Numbered from the stretch's first letter, positions 25,719 through 38,272 are shown. The stretch: DNA of 64,000 nucleotides from Hydrolagus colliei (GCA_035084275.1 CM068744.1:62248001-62312000); one strand, 5' to 3'. Numbers and translations: made by a program. Notes: generated by a model from the sequence alone, not told the origin.

Positions 25719-27214
25719 AGGCTCTGACACAAAGGCAGCAGTGGACCCTGACTTGAGCGTTTGCTGAGAGCTTGAACTCAGTCCACATCCGACTCACCCC
25801 CAAAATAGCTTCCCATTGAAGAGTGCACCCAACACCTGGAGTAAAGTGGTGGGAATCCAAAGGATGCCATTCAAAAGAGAACCGCCACAGACCAAACGGC
25901 ATTGCCCCCCAAAATCAGACTTGCCGTCTCCTTTCTTTCAAGATATTCAGCAAGAGAGGCTACTCTACCTCAAATGCGAGGATTGCTATTATCATTATTC
26001 AGTTTAGTTCAGTTGCTCGGCAAAAAAAAGATCATCTCAACTCATCGGGATTGTGGTGATTTTGTTTACAGCAAATCTCAAACAGAGCAGACTGTGTGCT
26101 TGTGTTTGCTGCCATCAACTAGGTGCCCCGAGGAGGGAAGCGATGGTGATATTCACTTGCCCCTGTTGATTCAGCACGCACACTTCATGTTGTGGGCAAA
26201 GCCTTTAGTTAATCTGGTCAAAAACCGGGCTGTTTAGAAATAAATCAAAATTGCTTTCCCCCCCCACCAATCAAAAAAAAAGTTGTTGCGAAGTCAACCA
26301 GAAAGCGTCCCCTGATTATCACTAAGGAAAGGACTTCTTGCAAGCTTTGCTGGTTGAACTATCATCAGGGACGACAGTTGCACCGAAACTTCAGTAAACC
26401 ACATCATCACAGAACTCAAAAGTCGCAGAGAGAGAGAAAAACCCACCCTGTTAAATAGATCGTGTGCCTGCATTTTTATATTCTTAAAATGCCACCTAAA
26501 TGGCCACGGTGCAATATAAATTTGCAAACACTATAACGCTTGCATTACAAGTGCGACAGACTTGCTGAGCCTCCAACACAGCTGGAAAAAGCAAAGGGAT
26601 GGGAAAAAAAAACTCACCTTTTTCTCAGATGCACATTTATGAATAATCTAGAAAATAATCTGTGTGACCCGTTGCACATTAATCCAACAGGGGCATTTCC
26701 AAATCAAATGAGAAGCTCTCAGTGAGACACCTTTATTCCTCTTGTTCAGTTAGTCAATGTAAGTGTTCTCTCTATTGCAGACTGCTGTTGGCTTCGAAGC
26801 TGTTTAACTGACTTGCACTGGAATTCCTTCAAGCTCTTGTGAAGCGTTGCCGCCCATATGCTGGGCTGATTTGTTGCTCAGTATGTGACGTTATGGCTGG
26901 CACACCTACTTGATCTATATGCATATCGTGAATTGAATGAAGGATGATGAATGTCGATTTATAAAGTAACAGGATCTGCTGATGGCTGTTAAGGTCATGG
27001 ATTTGCTCATCTTTAAATGAGCCTTGATATGAAGGTGTTTCCCAACTTCAACCTGACTTTGTATTTGCAATACATTGAGGTGAAACGTAATGAATAGTAA
27101 GAATTGCTAGGCTCCTCCACTCAAGGTCCTCATATTTGTGATTTATCAGCACCTTGGGACATCCTTCCAATGTGAAAGGCACTATACAAATGCAATTTTC
27201 TATTGTATTTATTA

Positions 27215-27560
27215 CAGTGAAGCTCAGTGGTTACAACACTTTCCTAGCTCACCGGGATTCGATTCCTGGCAGGGTGAAACGTTGGGCAAGTTTCCTTTCT
27301 CCATATGCCTCTGTTGACTGAGATATAAGTAGGAACCTGTTTATTAGTCAATTGATGGATTGCTTTTCAGCGGGTAATAATTCCTTCAAAAGAAAGTTGG
27401 TCACTCAATCCCCAACTATTTGTGGGACATTGCTGTGCACAATTGGCTACCCTATTTCACCCACAAAATATTCAGTCAATTAACTTTACAGCATATTCTG
27501 TGAAGCAATTTGAGACTTCTTGAAGATGTGATAAGGCACTGTATCAAATTCAAGGATATT
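27215..27560 (+). mobile_element. Full-length Deu-SINE, long subfamily
   Basis: A box AGCTCAGTGG, B box GATTCGATTCC, Deu segment and tail. Confidence 0.88.
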
Positions 27561-27561
27561 A

Positions 27562-27675
27562 AAAATCCTTGCGTTTTGATATCGCACTTTTCATGTCTTC
27601 AAAGCATCTCAAGGCGCTTCGCAGGATATACTGTAAAGTGAATTGACTGTATATTTGTGGTTGATATGCGGCAGG
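27562..27675 (-). mobile_element. Deu-SINE tail, tail-to-tail with the previous copy
   Basis: Reverse complement of the SINE 3' end. Confidence 0.85.
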
Positions 27676-28399
27676 CACTGGCAAATCCATTCAGTGATAT
27701 GAGTTGAGTCCATTTTATGTTTAAATGTGAGTCTGTTAAATTCGAGGTAACAAACATTTTTACTTATCTGGAGTCAGTGAACAGAAACAAAACAGTTTTG
27801 CTTCCATTTAACATGGAACTTTTTTGACCTACTGGCATTCTGAGTCGCACACAGATACCAGCCAGGTTCAAAACTCTTCCAATGCCATCGTTCTGGAAAG
27901 TAGCCAGTGAGATGCCATGTAGATTTTTTTCAGTAAAAACCAGCGAATCTGAGTAGCATGGTTTAAACGGAAAAAAAAGGACAACCCTGGCAAGTCTTCA
28001 AACTTATCATTCACTTCAATGATCTGTCAGAAAAGAAAATATCAATCACACTTTGAAAATAAAGATCTTTTAAAAAAAACATCTTCTCAGAACTCAATCA
28101 ATTTCAATGGAGTTCAAACTATGAATGATAGTTATGCAAAGCAGCATATTCGTACATTAACACACGCAGGGCAAATATCTAAATTCAAAAGAGAGTTTTT
28201 TACCTTGGGGTTCAGCCATGATATCCAATCACAAGTAATGATATTCCTTGCTCAGTAATCTTGTTCATAAATCATACAGCAGACAACATTTATTTCAAAT
28301 ATTAACTGCTTGTGGTGCATTGCACAGAAAGTTAAACATCTTATGGGTTCCCATCAATGTTTTCACTCCTGCGGATCTGAACTCTTCAAATTCCCTGGG

Positions 28400-29770
28400 C
28401 TTTCCCTCACACTCACCAAATCAGTTGCTTTTCCACCCAATCCCCATGGTAAACCAACTACCTCCACAACATTGACCCATTTAACTTCACAAGCCGCAGC
28501 ACATTTCAAACTTTCCTTCATTTCTAAATTCCTGGAGTGTGTTGTTGCTTAAACCTCTCACTCCACTTCCTACTCAAGGCTCTCCAGTCTAGTTGCAGTT
28601 CTGCTCACAGGACAGACAGTGCACATTAGTCACAGGTGACATCCTTTCTCTATGCTTCCAGGGCTTCCGCTGCTTCCTTGTCCTACTGGAACTCTCAGCT
28701 GCCTTCAACACAGTTGATTATGCTATCTCCTTCACCACCTCTCTCACTTCGCCCATCTCAGTTGGATTGCACTCTCCTGACTTGAGTCTTACTTGTCCAA
28801 TCACCATCATTGGGATTCTGAAAATAATTGTTCTTCCTGCCGCAATCAACCACCTGCAATTTACCAGAAGGCTTTTGCTCATTTACATGGTTCCTCTTGG
28901 TGATGTCATCCACAGATATAGAACCAACATTCACATGTATGCGGATGATACCCGCATCTACTTCTCATTCAGCTGCAACCCAGTTCACCAGTGTTCTGTC
29001 CTCCCGCTTATCAGACATCAAGGCCTGGATCAGTGTCAGCTTCCTGCAGCTGGATGTTAACAAGGCACAAGTCATCTTTTTTGGCAACATCTTCTTACCT
29101 ACGGCCCTGACTCAATGATCCTGTGCATAACCTAGCATCAGGTTCGACCCCAGCTATTCCTCCTAGCCCACATCCTGTCCCTGAACAGGGCTGATTTCCT
29201 CCACTTCCATCTTACATCACTCGCCTCCGAACATACATTGCAGCCAATGTAGCTGAAACCCTCAGTCATGCATTCACCACTTCCCCTTTACCTGCCACCT
29301 TCCTGAGACATCTCCAGCCTTCTAGCACTTCCTCAACAACATCAGCAGCCATGCTTTTAACCATTATGCCTCAAAACTATGGAACTGTGCAGCCCTCCAC
29401 CTTGCCCTTCCTCTCCCATCATCAAATCCAGTCTGAAAACCTTCCTCCATGGGTGCGTCAACAGTTATCTCCCCTCTCTCCCTGCTCGGCATCAAACTAC
29501 AGTCCTAGTTGCCACTCCCACACCCCCCCTCCATAAAGGGACAGATGTTATTGATGATCAAGACCCTTGGCTTTTCTGCCATTCAGTCACTCTGCCCACA
29601 CCCTCTGGAACTCAATCCCACAGTTCTTCTGCCTCTCTGCATCCCTCGCCTTCTTCAAGACGCACATCAAGGTCTTCCTCTATGACTGGGCTTTCGATCA
29701 ACCTTCTTCCCCTGCCCTCCACTCTCCCAAATCCCTATCCCCAGCTTGGTTCCGGAATACTGTTTATTAG
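28400..29770 (+). mobile_element. Degraded L2 ORF2 (RT) to 3' end
   Basis: LVLLELSAAFNTVDY, HMYADDTRIYFS, LSDIKAWISVSFLQLDVNK and TLWNSIP...FFKTHIKVFLY. Confidence 0.9.
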
Positions 29771-30577
29771 ACAGTAACAAACAGTTACTGTTTGCTAGGG
29801 TTAGAAATTTGTAACATTTTCCTGAAGCCATTCACCTTAATACAGTATACCACTGTTTATTGTACATGTATTATATTGCTTCTTGTCAGTGAATCACTAC
29901 AGACAAACTATTCACTATTTATGATATCCTTGGTGAATTTTTCAAAGATGGAAAAGCCTTCTGATTGTATGGATTTCTGCAATGAAGCACTGAATATTTA
30001 TTTTGAAAGCTACAATTAAATTGTAATATACTGTTATACATGAATTCCTCTTAACACAGCAGCAACGTGAAAATTTCATTGTGAGCAATTGCCTTTATTG
30101 CAAATGATTGACAGAAACACTGATAAAGCCTCTGATGCCATAGGTTTTTACATGGGAACTGATATCAACCTTAGTGTTTTGGAGGGGGGATCTTTTGTTT
30201 TTGCAGTGCTACTGTTATTGTGATCAAACTTGATATGAGTAGGGAATGTTAATAAAACCTGTGTCAATTCAAATCTGCATAATTATCAGTCCAAATGGGT
30301 ATTCAGACTCTGCCAGTAATTGTACATCACAGACAGTATGCCTACACTAAATATAATGATTGTTTCATTTCTAGGGTTCCATTAATCTGTAAAATGCTAT
30401 CCATTTCTGTCCACAACTTTAAGTATTTATGATAACAATGTGAAAATAAAGAAAGACGTGGATGTTTGGCAGTGTGCAGTTTGACAGATCTCGCTATTTG
30501 CTATACTTTTACTATCTCGTGATAGCTTCACTTGAGTATTTTATTGTATCACATTTATTATGAACATGTTATTGTAC

Positions 30578-31450
30578 TAGGGTCCGTCGATATGGAAATT
30601 TTCTGATTTAGATATATCGATGGGCTCATATCGAGATATACCAAAATATTGATATTTTCAGGTTTTTCGTAGTGCGCAAGCACGCGCAGCACACGCATTC
30701 GGAGTGCGCGCGAATTCGGAGTGCGCGCACATTCCGGGTGCGCGCGCATTCGGGGCCTATCTCCTCAGGAGATAAATATCTTTCTCTCTCTGTGTCTCTC
30801 ACTCTCTCCATCTCTGTGCTTTTCTGTCTGTGTCTCTGTGTCTCTCTCACATCCCCCCCATCTCTATCTATCTGTATATTATCACATCCACCTCGTCTCT
30901 CCCCCACCTCCCCAGCCGTCTCTCTCCCCCCCACCCCACCAGCCGTCTCTCTCCCCCCTCACCCCCCCCCAGCCGTCTCTCTCTCCCCCCCACCCCCCCC
31001 AGCCGTTTATCTCCCCCCCACCCCCCCCAGCCATCTGTCTCCCCCCCAACACCCCCCAGCCGTCTCTCTCCCCCCCACCAACCCCCAGCCGTCTCTCTCC
31101 CCCTCCACCCCCCCCAGCCATCTCTCTCTCCCCCCAGCCATCTCTCTCCCCCTCACCCCCCCACAGCCGTCTCTCTCCACCACCCCCCCCAGCCTTCTCT
31201 CCCCCCCACACCCCTTGCGTATCTGTATATTGTATTCGAGGACTATGAATACAATATGGCGGCTTTGCACCTCGGTCTGTGCATTGTGTATAGAGATGAG
31301 CATTCTGGGTCTTGTAGTTCAGTGTGCTCGCATTCCTATTTTTTACCTCGATATATCAATATTTTGATATATCGATATTTTTGAAATGCCTATATCGGCG
31401 TATCGATATGAAAATTATATCGGGTTTTAGCGATATATCGCCGGACCCTA
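30578..31450. mobile_element. Complete non-autonomous hAT element with 8-bp TSD
   Basis: TIRs TAGGGTCCGTCGATAT and ATATCGCCGGACCCTA. Perfect TSD TATTGTAC at 30570-30577 and 31451-31458. Confidence 0.95.
30880..31215. repeat. C-rich minisatellite (about CCCCCCAGCCGTCTCTCTC) inside the hAT element
   Basis: About ten units with variable C runs. It explains the Pro/Gly-rich spurious ORFs. Confidence 0.92.
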
Positions 31451-31548
31451 TATTGTACTAAGCCTTTTGTGCTTGCCCAGATAAAGCAGAATGAATGAGT
31501 ACAAGAATAGTGGGGCAGCAATCATACACAAGGGATAAAATCATACTA

Positions 31549-32069
31549 CAGTGAAAGCCCATTTATCCGTGACCTGATCAACCGTAACTTCCATATAATC
31601 AGCATCTCAAAAAAAAGGTCCCCATTTGAATAACCGGATCTTATCCTTCACAATCGCGGTGGCACATTTTTTCCCCTCGTATCGGTATTTCAGAATGCTG
31701 CTGCCAGTGTCTGAAAGTGGCACTGCCATTTTTTTTCCTTGCATCGGTATTTCTGCTTGCTGTTATTAGAGCCTTTTCCCTCACGTCGGCCATTGTAGAA
31801 GATAGACTGTACACCTCTACCGCAGCATCATGGCTTCAAACCAAGCATCTACCAGCAAGGCTGATTTTTAGGTGAATTTTTAGGTGAATAACAAAGGTCT
31901 ATTATTATCTGTCATTATTTAATCTATTATTAATATGGTATGTGTTAAAATAAGTTAAAAAAAAGTTGTGTTGGATTTTCGGCATCGGATCCGTCTGAAT
32001 ATCCGGCATGTTGATTAACCGGCATTGGCCAGGTCCCGAGGCCAGGTTGTGGATGCCTCAATTTTACTG
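31549..32069. mobile_element. Tigger/pogo-like MITE (family B)
   Basis: TA-CAGTGAAAGCCCATTTATCCG ... TTTTACTG-TA. Confidence 0.85.
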
Positions 32070-32199
32070 TATTGAGGTATCCACAAAGAATTTTAGCTAA
32101 AATAATTGCTGTATACACTTTCAAGCATAACTAGCTGTACAACGTCCTTGCCTTCGGTCTGTTCAATGGGAGAAAATTAGTTGCCAGTCCTGTAGTATA

Positions 32200-32350
32200 G
32201 GAACATAGGAATTAGGAGTAGGTGTAGGTCATTCAGCCCCTCAAGCCTGTTCCGCCATTCAATAAGATCATAGCTGATTTCTAATCTAATTCCATCTGCC
32301 TGCCTTATCCCCATATCCCTTAATCCTATAGGAATATAGGAATTAGGAGC
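32200..32350 (-). mobile_element. CR1 3' tail
   Basis: Matches 417-560. Confidence 0.85.
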
Positions 32351-32636
32351 AAATATATATGTAATCTAAAGAATGTATATTCACAAACCGTGCCTTGTGG
32401 GCTAAACAATCTTGGCCCAAAGTACAATGAATCTCAATCCAAGGCACACAACTACTCAATGTTTCACAAAAGAGCAAAAGCAATAACACGATTGGGAACA
32501 CTAGGGGGCGCACTCTACTTTTTAGGAATACTGGGAACTGCAGTTGAGGTTTGAAGTTTGGGAGAAAGGACAAAAGTCTGAATACTTCTATCAGGTAGAA
32601 AAGCTGAACAGGCCTAGATTTTAAAGAATAATATCA

Positions 32637-32820
32637 ATAATAATCCTTGCATTTCAGATAGCATCTTATATTTTGAGACGTCTCAAAGAGCTTCACAGGT
32701 TATATTGTAAAGTGAACTGACTGTGTATTTTGTAGGCAAAATGCGACAACTGATTGCACACAGCAGTGTCCCACAAACAGTCGTGGATTGAGTGACCCCT
32801 TTTTTTTCCCCTGGGGGAAA
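32637..32820 (-). mobile_element. Deu-SINE 3' half
   Basis: Similarity to sibling copies. Confidence 0.85.
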
Positions 32821-33917
32821 CTCTATAATGAACCTACCAAAATATTTACTGAGGAGGGGAACAGAATTCAGATATTCAGAATATTGGTGATATTCAGATG
32901 CTTTGCTATTTTGTGATTATAATTTCTGCAATCCTACATTCATAAGAAAATGAACATATTGAGACCTCAATACACACCTCACAGTACACGGACAAAGTTA
33001 ATTATTGAATTGAGTTGTTATCATAAGAAGATAATCACAGATGTGTCTCTCAGGTAAACAACTGTTCATTTTTCTTTTGTCATTTTGATTATATAGTAGG
33101 GATAATCCTAAGCATACTAATCACAATAACTATTAGCACAAAGAACTACTGGGTTACTAATACATGACATTGGCAAAATAATTTCATATTGCACTACAGT
33201 TATTCAGATTGCTTAGAGAGAAATGATTCTATGAAATTATGCATCTGAGATAAATCCAAAATACTGTATTTATAAAGGGAAAAAAATTGCAGCCCTTTCT
33301 AAATCACTGATATGTATGCTTTCATCAATGCTCCTCTAGAGATGCTTTCATCTCATCAGTTACAGCTGAATTCTTTGAACCCAAGAAAGCACTGCAGTCA
33401 ACGGTGACATAGATTTATTAAATAAATGATAAGAGCCCGCTCCCGGTGAAGTTTACAAACTACTAAATTGTGAGTCTATAAGACAAGATCCATGTTACAC
33501 TGGACTAAAGGAGTTGGGATAGGTTCCAAACACAACTTCAATTCTGTCTCTGAATTGAATTCATGTCATTGAACTATAAACTGTGTTGGTGTCAGAGAAT
33601 GTAGACATGAAAAAAAACCTTATGTAACTTCCCTTTGGAGGGATTTGTTTAGAAGTGTGAAGTTGAAATTCTTCCTAGACTTAGGCTGCAAAAACATTTG
33701 GTTTTAACATTTAAAGATCTCACAAAACTGTGGAAAATTCTTAAATTCAGATATATGTGATAGTCACTTTTCCACAGTTTTTAACAAAACAGGGTTCCAA
33801 ATTGAGAATGAATTGAAAATGTTTCCACAATTCTGCAAGATCTTAAATTTAGAGACAAAATGGCACTCAGGAAAATTTCTGTCGTCTGGGCTTCCTTGGG
33901 AAAATGAGACGCATTAT

Positions 33918-34160
33918 TTTTGGAAAGATTCTCACTCATCTACTTTTCCAGATTGCAGAAGCACAAGGACAACCGAATGAGAGGACATAGGTTTGGAGTT
34001 GCAAAGAACAGCTTCAGGAGAAATACCAGGAGGATATTCACTGAGAGTATAATTAATGACTGGAACAGGTTGGCAGGAAGAGTGGTCGAGGCTACTACAC
34101 AACTCATTTAAAAGTAGCTTGATGCAGTGATGAGAGGACAGTAGGATGAATATCCTGGAG
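33918..34160 (+). mobile_element. Old CR1 ORF2 C-terminal fragment
   Basis: RMRGHRF...IFTESIINDWNRLAGRVVEA. Confidence 0.75.
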
Positions 34161-34257
34161 GAATTAGATAAAATGATATTGAAATTATCATTCAAATTAA
34201 TCTTGTGATTGTGTGACTTGTTTGCGTATCCCTTTTCCATATCAACCAGCCTAAATA

Positions 34258-34963
34258 CAGTAGAAGTCCGTTTATCCCTAACCCGATCAACCGTAACTTC
34301 CGTATAACCGGCACCACAAAAAAAAATCTGCATTCGATAAACTGGAATTTATCCAGAAAAATGCTTTTGTTTGGTGTTTTGTGTTGCGTCAGTATTTTGG
34401 AATGCTGCTACCAGGTACATTCTGCAGAGTGTAGAGAGGTTCACTCTCCGGATTTGAGAGAGGAGGGAGAGGGAGGGTGAGTTCATTAATTTAGCCATGA
34501 AGCACCAAAACACACACACACACACACACACACAAGCAAAGCTTGCAGATCAATGCATATCACAGCCTTGGCTATTATTTTAATACATTTAATAAATTAA
34601 TAAAAAACACAAACTCCTGCAACACATCTCAAGTCCGGTTTATTTTACAAATACCTTTAAGCTTGGGAAGCTACAGCGTATATCAGAAATACACACAGCG
34701 CCTCCCCTTACCCCAATCTGATGTTAAAAACAAATCTAACTTTAAAAGTGAAATGAAATGTTTGCTTTCAATGCCAATCCTTGGATCATTTGGAAGGAAA
34801 GTTAACTGAACAGTGACAGCAGGGCTGCTTTCTCAATAAGACGTTTGCTTTCCTCTCTTCTCTTCTATTTTTTTTTGTGTTGGATTTTCTGCTGAATATC
34901 AGGCAGGCGCTTTAACCAGCACTGGCCAGGTCCCGAGGGTGCCGGACAAACGGGCTTCTACTG
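34258..34963. mobile_element. Tigger/pogo-like MITE (family B) containing (CA)n
   Basis: TA-CAGTAGAAGTCCGTTTATCC ... GGACAAACGGGCTTCTACTG-TA. Confidence 0.92.
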
Positions 34964-37900
34964 TATATGACTGATGCCCCCAGTTGCTTATCAACATCTT
35001 GTTATACTTGTTGAACCAGGGTTCAAATCTCATTCTGAAAATGGCTTATTTGATCCCTTTGTCTATATTGAGCTCTACCAGAGTCTGAAAAGCACAATTT
35101 CCATTTGTTGTCATATTCATGCTAACAATTATCCAGGATGACCATCACCATCGCCTTACTCAAATACTGAATGACTGAACTCTCAAAATAATATAATTTA
35201 AAGTTTGTCATATGCTTTGTCTAACGATATTGAATAATTCAAGAACAGCAGAATTCATAGGCAGATCCACAATAATAAACCAGGGATCTCTTTCTTGATC
35301 AACACTATGACAAACTATCCCAGTTAAAACATATTTCCTTTGCCCTTTATTTATTGGTTCCTTTCTCACGTACTAAACAATTACAAGTATCTACATTGAA
35401 CTACATCGGCCTACTGGGCTAGTAGTAATATCCAAACAGATCTAAATCCTTTCACATTTAATACTATTCCACTGTATTATTTGTTGTGCTTCCTGTAATA
35501 ATACACACAAATATATGATAGAAAAGTTCATTATCATATTATTGTTAGCATTCAATATAAACCTCTACTAGCCCAGCCCCTAGGTTCCCTATGTTGAGCC
35601 TAGATTCACTTGCAGTACGTGGCACAAGAGGTCAAACAAAACTAACACAAAAATTCTGCTAAAATGCTCAAATCATTTCACCATGATTCCTTGCTACCCT
35701 CTATACATCATTCCTTCAACTTGAAGAGATAAGAGATAATGGTTGCTAGTGGAGCCTGACACCAACATCTGCATGTTATATAACATAAGAAATGCTAGAC
35801 GAAGAAAGACAAAGGTCAATCTATTTCGCCTTCCACCTTCCAGGCACATATGTACATATGTCCCAAACTATCTATGAACTATATAGGTAGCGCCTTGGGA
35901 CGGTCCTCCCGACGTGAAAGGCGTTCTATAAATGTAATTTTGTTGTTATTGTATATCTCATAATGTTATTTCCTACAAGAAAACTATATAGACTGTGTTT
36001 GAAAGAATCAACACTTCCTGCTTCAACCATCTCCCTAGGAAGCCTGTGCTATTGTTGAGTTCATCTAACCAAATCAGAAACAGATGACTACCAAATTGTG
36101 AGATAGTAGTTTATATCAGAGCTTGTAAAGCTTTCCGACTGTTACTTGTGATATGTTGCTGTGCACAAATTGGCTGCCACGTTCATCCACAAAAAACCCA
36201 TGTACTTTACAATGTACCCTGTGAAGCATTTTGCACAATCCTCCTGACGTGAAAGCAGCTATACTGAACACAACAGTAATTATTTTTTTATTACTTGGGG
36301 AAGAAAAGTCAACAATTGGTTGTGTTCCTGTTGAGATGTAAAATGGGAACAGGACCTAATCTTCTTCATTTAATCTAGTGATTATGCAGTAATTGATCTT
36401 TTCTCTGCCATCACCACAAGAGAAATGTCCCGAGTCTGAAATAGACTTCGCAGTAATGGGAATCCATCATCAGAAAAGTTAGCCTCTGGTAGTGCATGGG
36501 TTAATGTGATTTATTAAACCTAAAGTTTAACATTAGAAACATCAAAATAGGCCAAATAGGCATTCTTGTAAGCAACTACTCCACCAGCAGCTATTAACCA
36601 AGCATACAAGATGTGCTTAATAAATGAGAACATACAGCACAGTTAACACTTTACCACGATCAGTGCAGAGTGTTATGTGTCTGTTAGCAGCACCATCCAA
36701 CCATTCCCCAGACTCCTATAACAATCTGATAAGACTCCCACACTATAACACAGCAATCACTATAACTTGTGCTTCACTCTTCTGCACAGCACTTTGACTC
36801 TGTGTACAACATGATGCCTATTGCTCCCAAAGGAGCACTGCCTTGCTGTTCTTTGCCTCCTGTGTGACCTGTTGGAAATGGACCAGCAGCAGAAGCCAGC
36901 AGTGCATTAACTTTTATTGCTTTCACATCAATATCTTGTCCTTAATGTGCTCCTTGAGCCAAAAGAACACAAAGAGCACAATGAGAAAGCTAGTGCCTAT
37001 AGCCATTTGTACAGGCGTGCATTTATCTATTCAGATATATTTAAATTGCTTTCTTTTATTAACACTGCAATGGTAAATGATTTACTGAAATACTTTCTTC
37101 TGTTCCTCTGAAGATGCAGATATACTCCTACGTACACTTCATACTTCTTAATTCCTTGTTTTGTTAAAAACAAAACTCAGCTCTACTATCAAGTATGACT
37201 CACTCTTTTTCAGGCTCTGAATATAATTCTTCACTCACCCCTCTGTCTTCTCTACTCATGCAGCTTGAAACCCAAGCTTGGTATCTCTTGTCCACTCTCC
37301 TGGCCTCGCCAACTTTGGTGGAATATTATATTATGTGATAAGGTCTTCAACTAAATTTCTCAGTATAAAAATAATGTGCTTTCTTTTTTTAAATTTGGTT
37401 TCTTTGTATAGTACTACTTTGACATGGTTCAATTAGCTTTATATTACAATTTGTTTATTCTGCACCAGCCCATGAACAAATACTGGTGTTACAACAATAC
37501 CACTCCTTTTTCTAGCAGTTAAACAAAACCTAAAAGGGTTTTTTGGTTTGCACATAACACCCTATGCAAATCTGGGCAGCAACCATAGTTAGGGATGACG
37601 TGTCAGATAAAGACGATTCGCAACACATGTAATGAGACCTTTATTTTGAATTGTAATGAAGTGTTCACTGAAACAACTTCATGTACTCTACTAAAAAGAA
37701 TTTGATTAATATTGCAGAAAAGCAGTGAAAAACTCACTGTATAGAAGAATATATATTTTGTTGTGTATGTTGTTGTTGTATCTGGATACATGGGAGAAAA
37801 GTAACAAATTATGTTGTATTTAAAGTGGTATGTTGTACCAATTACTATATTTACAAATAAATATATATTTTCAAAATAAGTAGTGAAAAGCTTTTCTCGA

Positions 37901-37976
37901 CTAGGTTCATTTAGCCTAAGTCGGCAGGTTTGTACACTACTAAGTATATGTAATACACATTCCATTGATCCCATAT

Positions 37977-38272
37977 GTGGAGTCCCTTAGCTCAGTGGTT
38001 AGAGCACTTGCCTTGCAAGTAAGAGATCTGGGTTCGATTCCAGGCAGGGCAAAACCTTGTACAAGTTTCCTTACTCGACACGCCTAATAATAATCCCTCA
38101 ACAAAAAACAATAATAATTTTTATAATCCATGACTGTTTGTGGGATACTGCTGTGCACAGTTGGTTGCCACGTTTCACCCACAAATATACATTTCATTCA
38201 CTTTACAGTATATTTTGAGATGTGTCGAAGACATGAAAAGCACTATATCAAATGCAAGGATTATTATTATTA
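37977..38272 (+). mobile_element. Full-length tRNA-headed Deu-SINE, short subfamily
   Basis: TAGCTCAGTGGTTAGAGCAC (A box), CTTGCAA anticodon-like loop, GGTTCGATTCC (B box) and (ATT)n tail. Confidence 0.92.

Larger units (their letters stand above)
25145..26480 (-). promoter_or_regulatory. Candidate promoter and first exon(s) of an unidentified minus-strand transcript
   Basis: TE-free and relatively CpG-retaining. TATAAAAA at 26480-26473, (GT)n and (TTG)n tracts, a donor CCAG|GTACAA at 25518, and acceptors at 25259 and 25227. Confidence 0.4.

Noticed and set aside
26340-26415. C/D snoRNA or hammerhead ribozyme (TGATGA, CTGA and CTGATGA on the minus strand)
   Set aside because: There is no terminal D box with a closing stem, and no correctly placed GAAA for a hammerhead core.
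27145-27170. REST/RE1-like site TCAGCACCTTGGGACA
   Set aside because: The half-site spacing is off by one and the sequence is a standard L2 tail.
30626-31384. Long Pro-rich and Gly-rich ORFs (up to 231 aa)
   Set aside because: They are artefacts of the C-rich minisatellite inside the hAT element, which is open in most frames.
37977-38052. tRNA-Ala(TGC)-like gene
   Set aside because: It is the head of a SINE: it continues into the SINE body and tail and recurs in many diverged copies.
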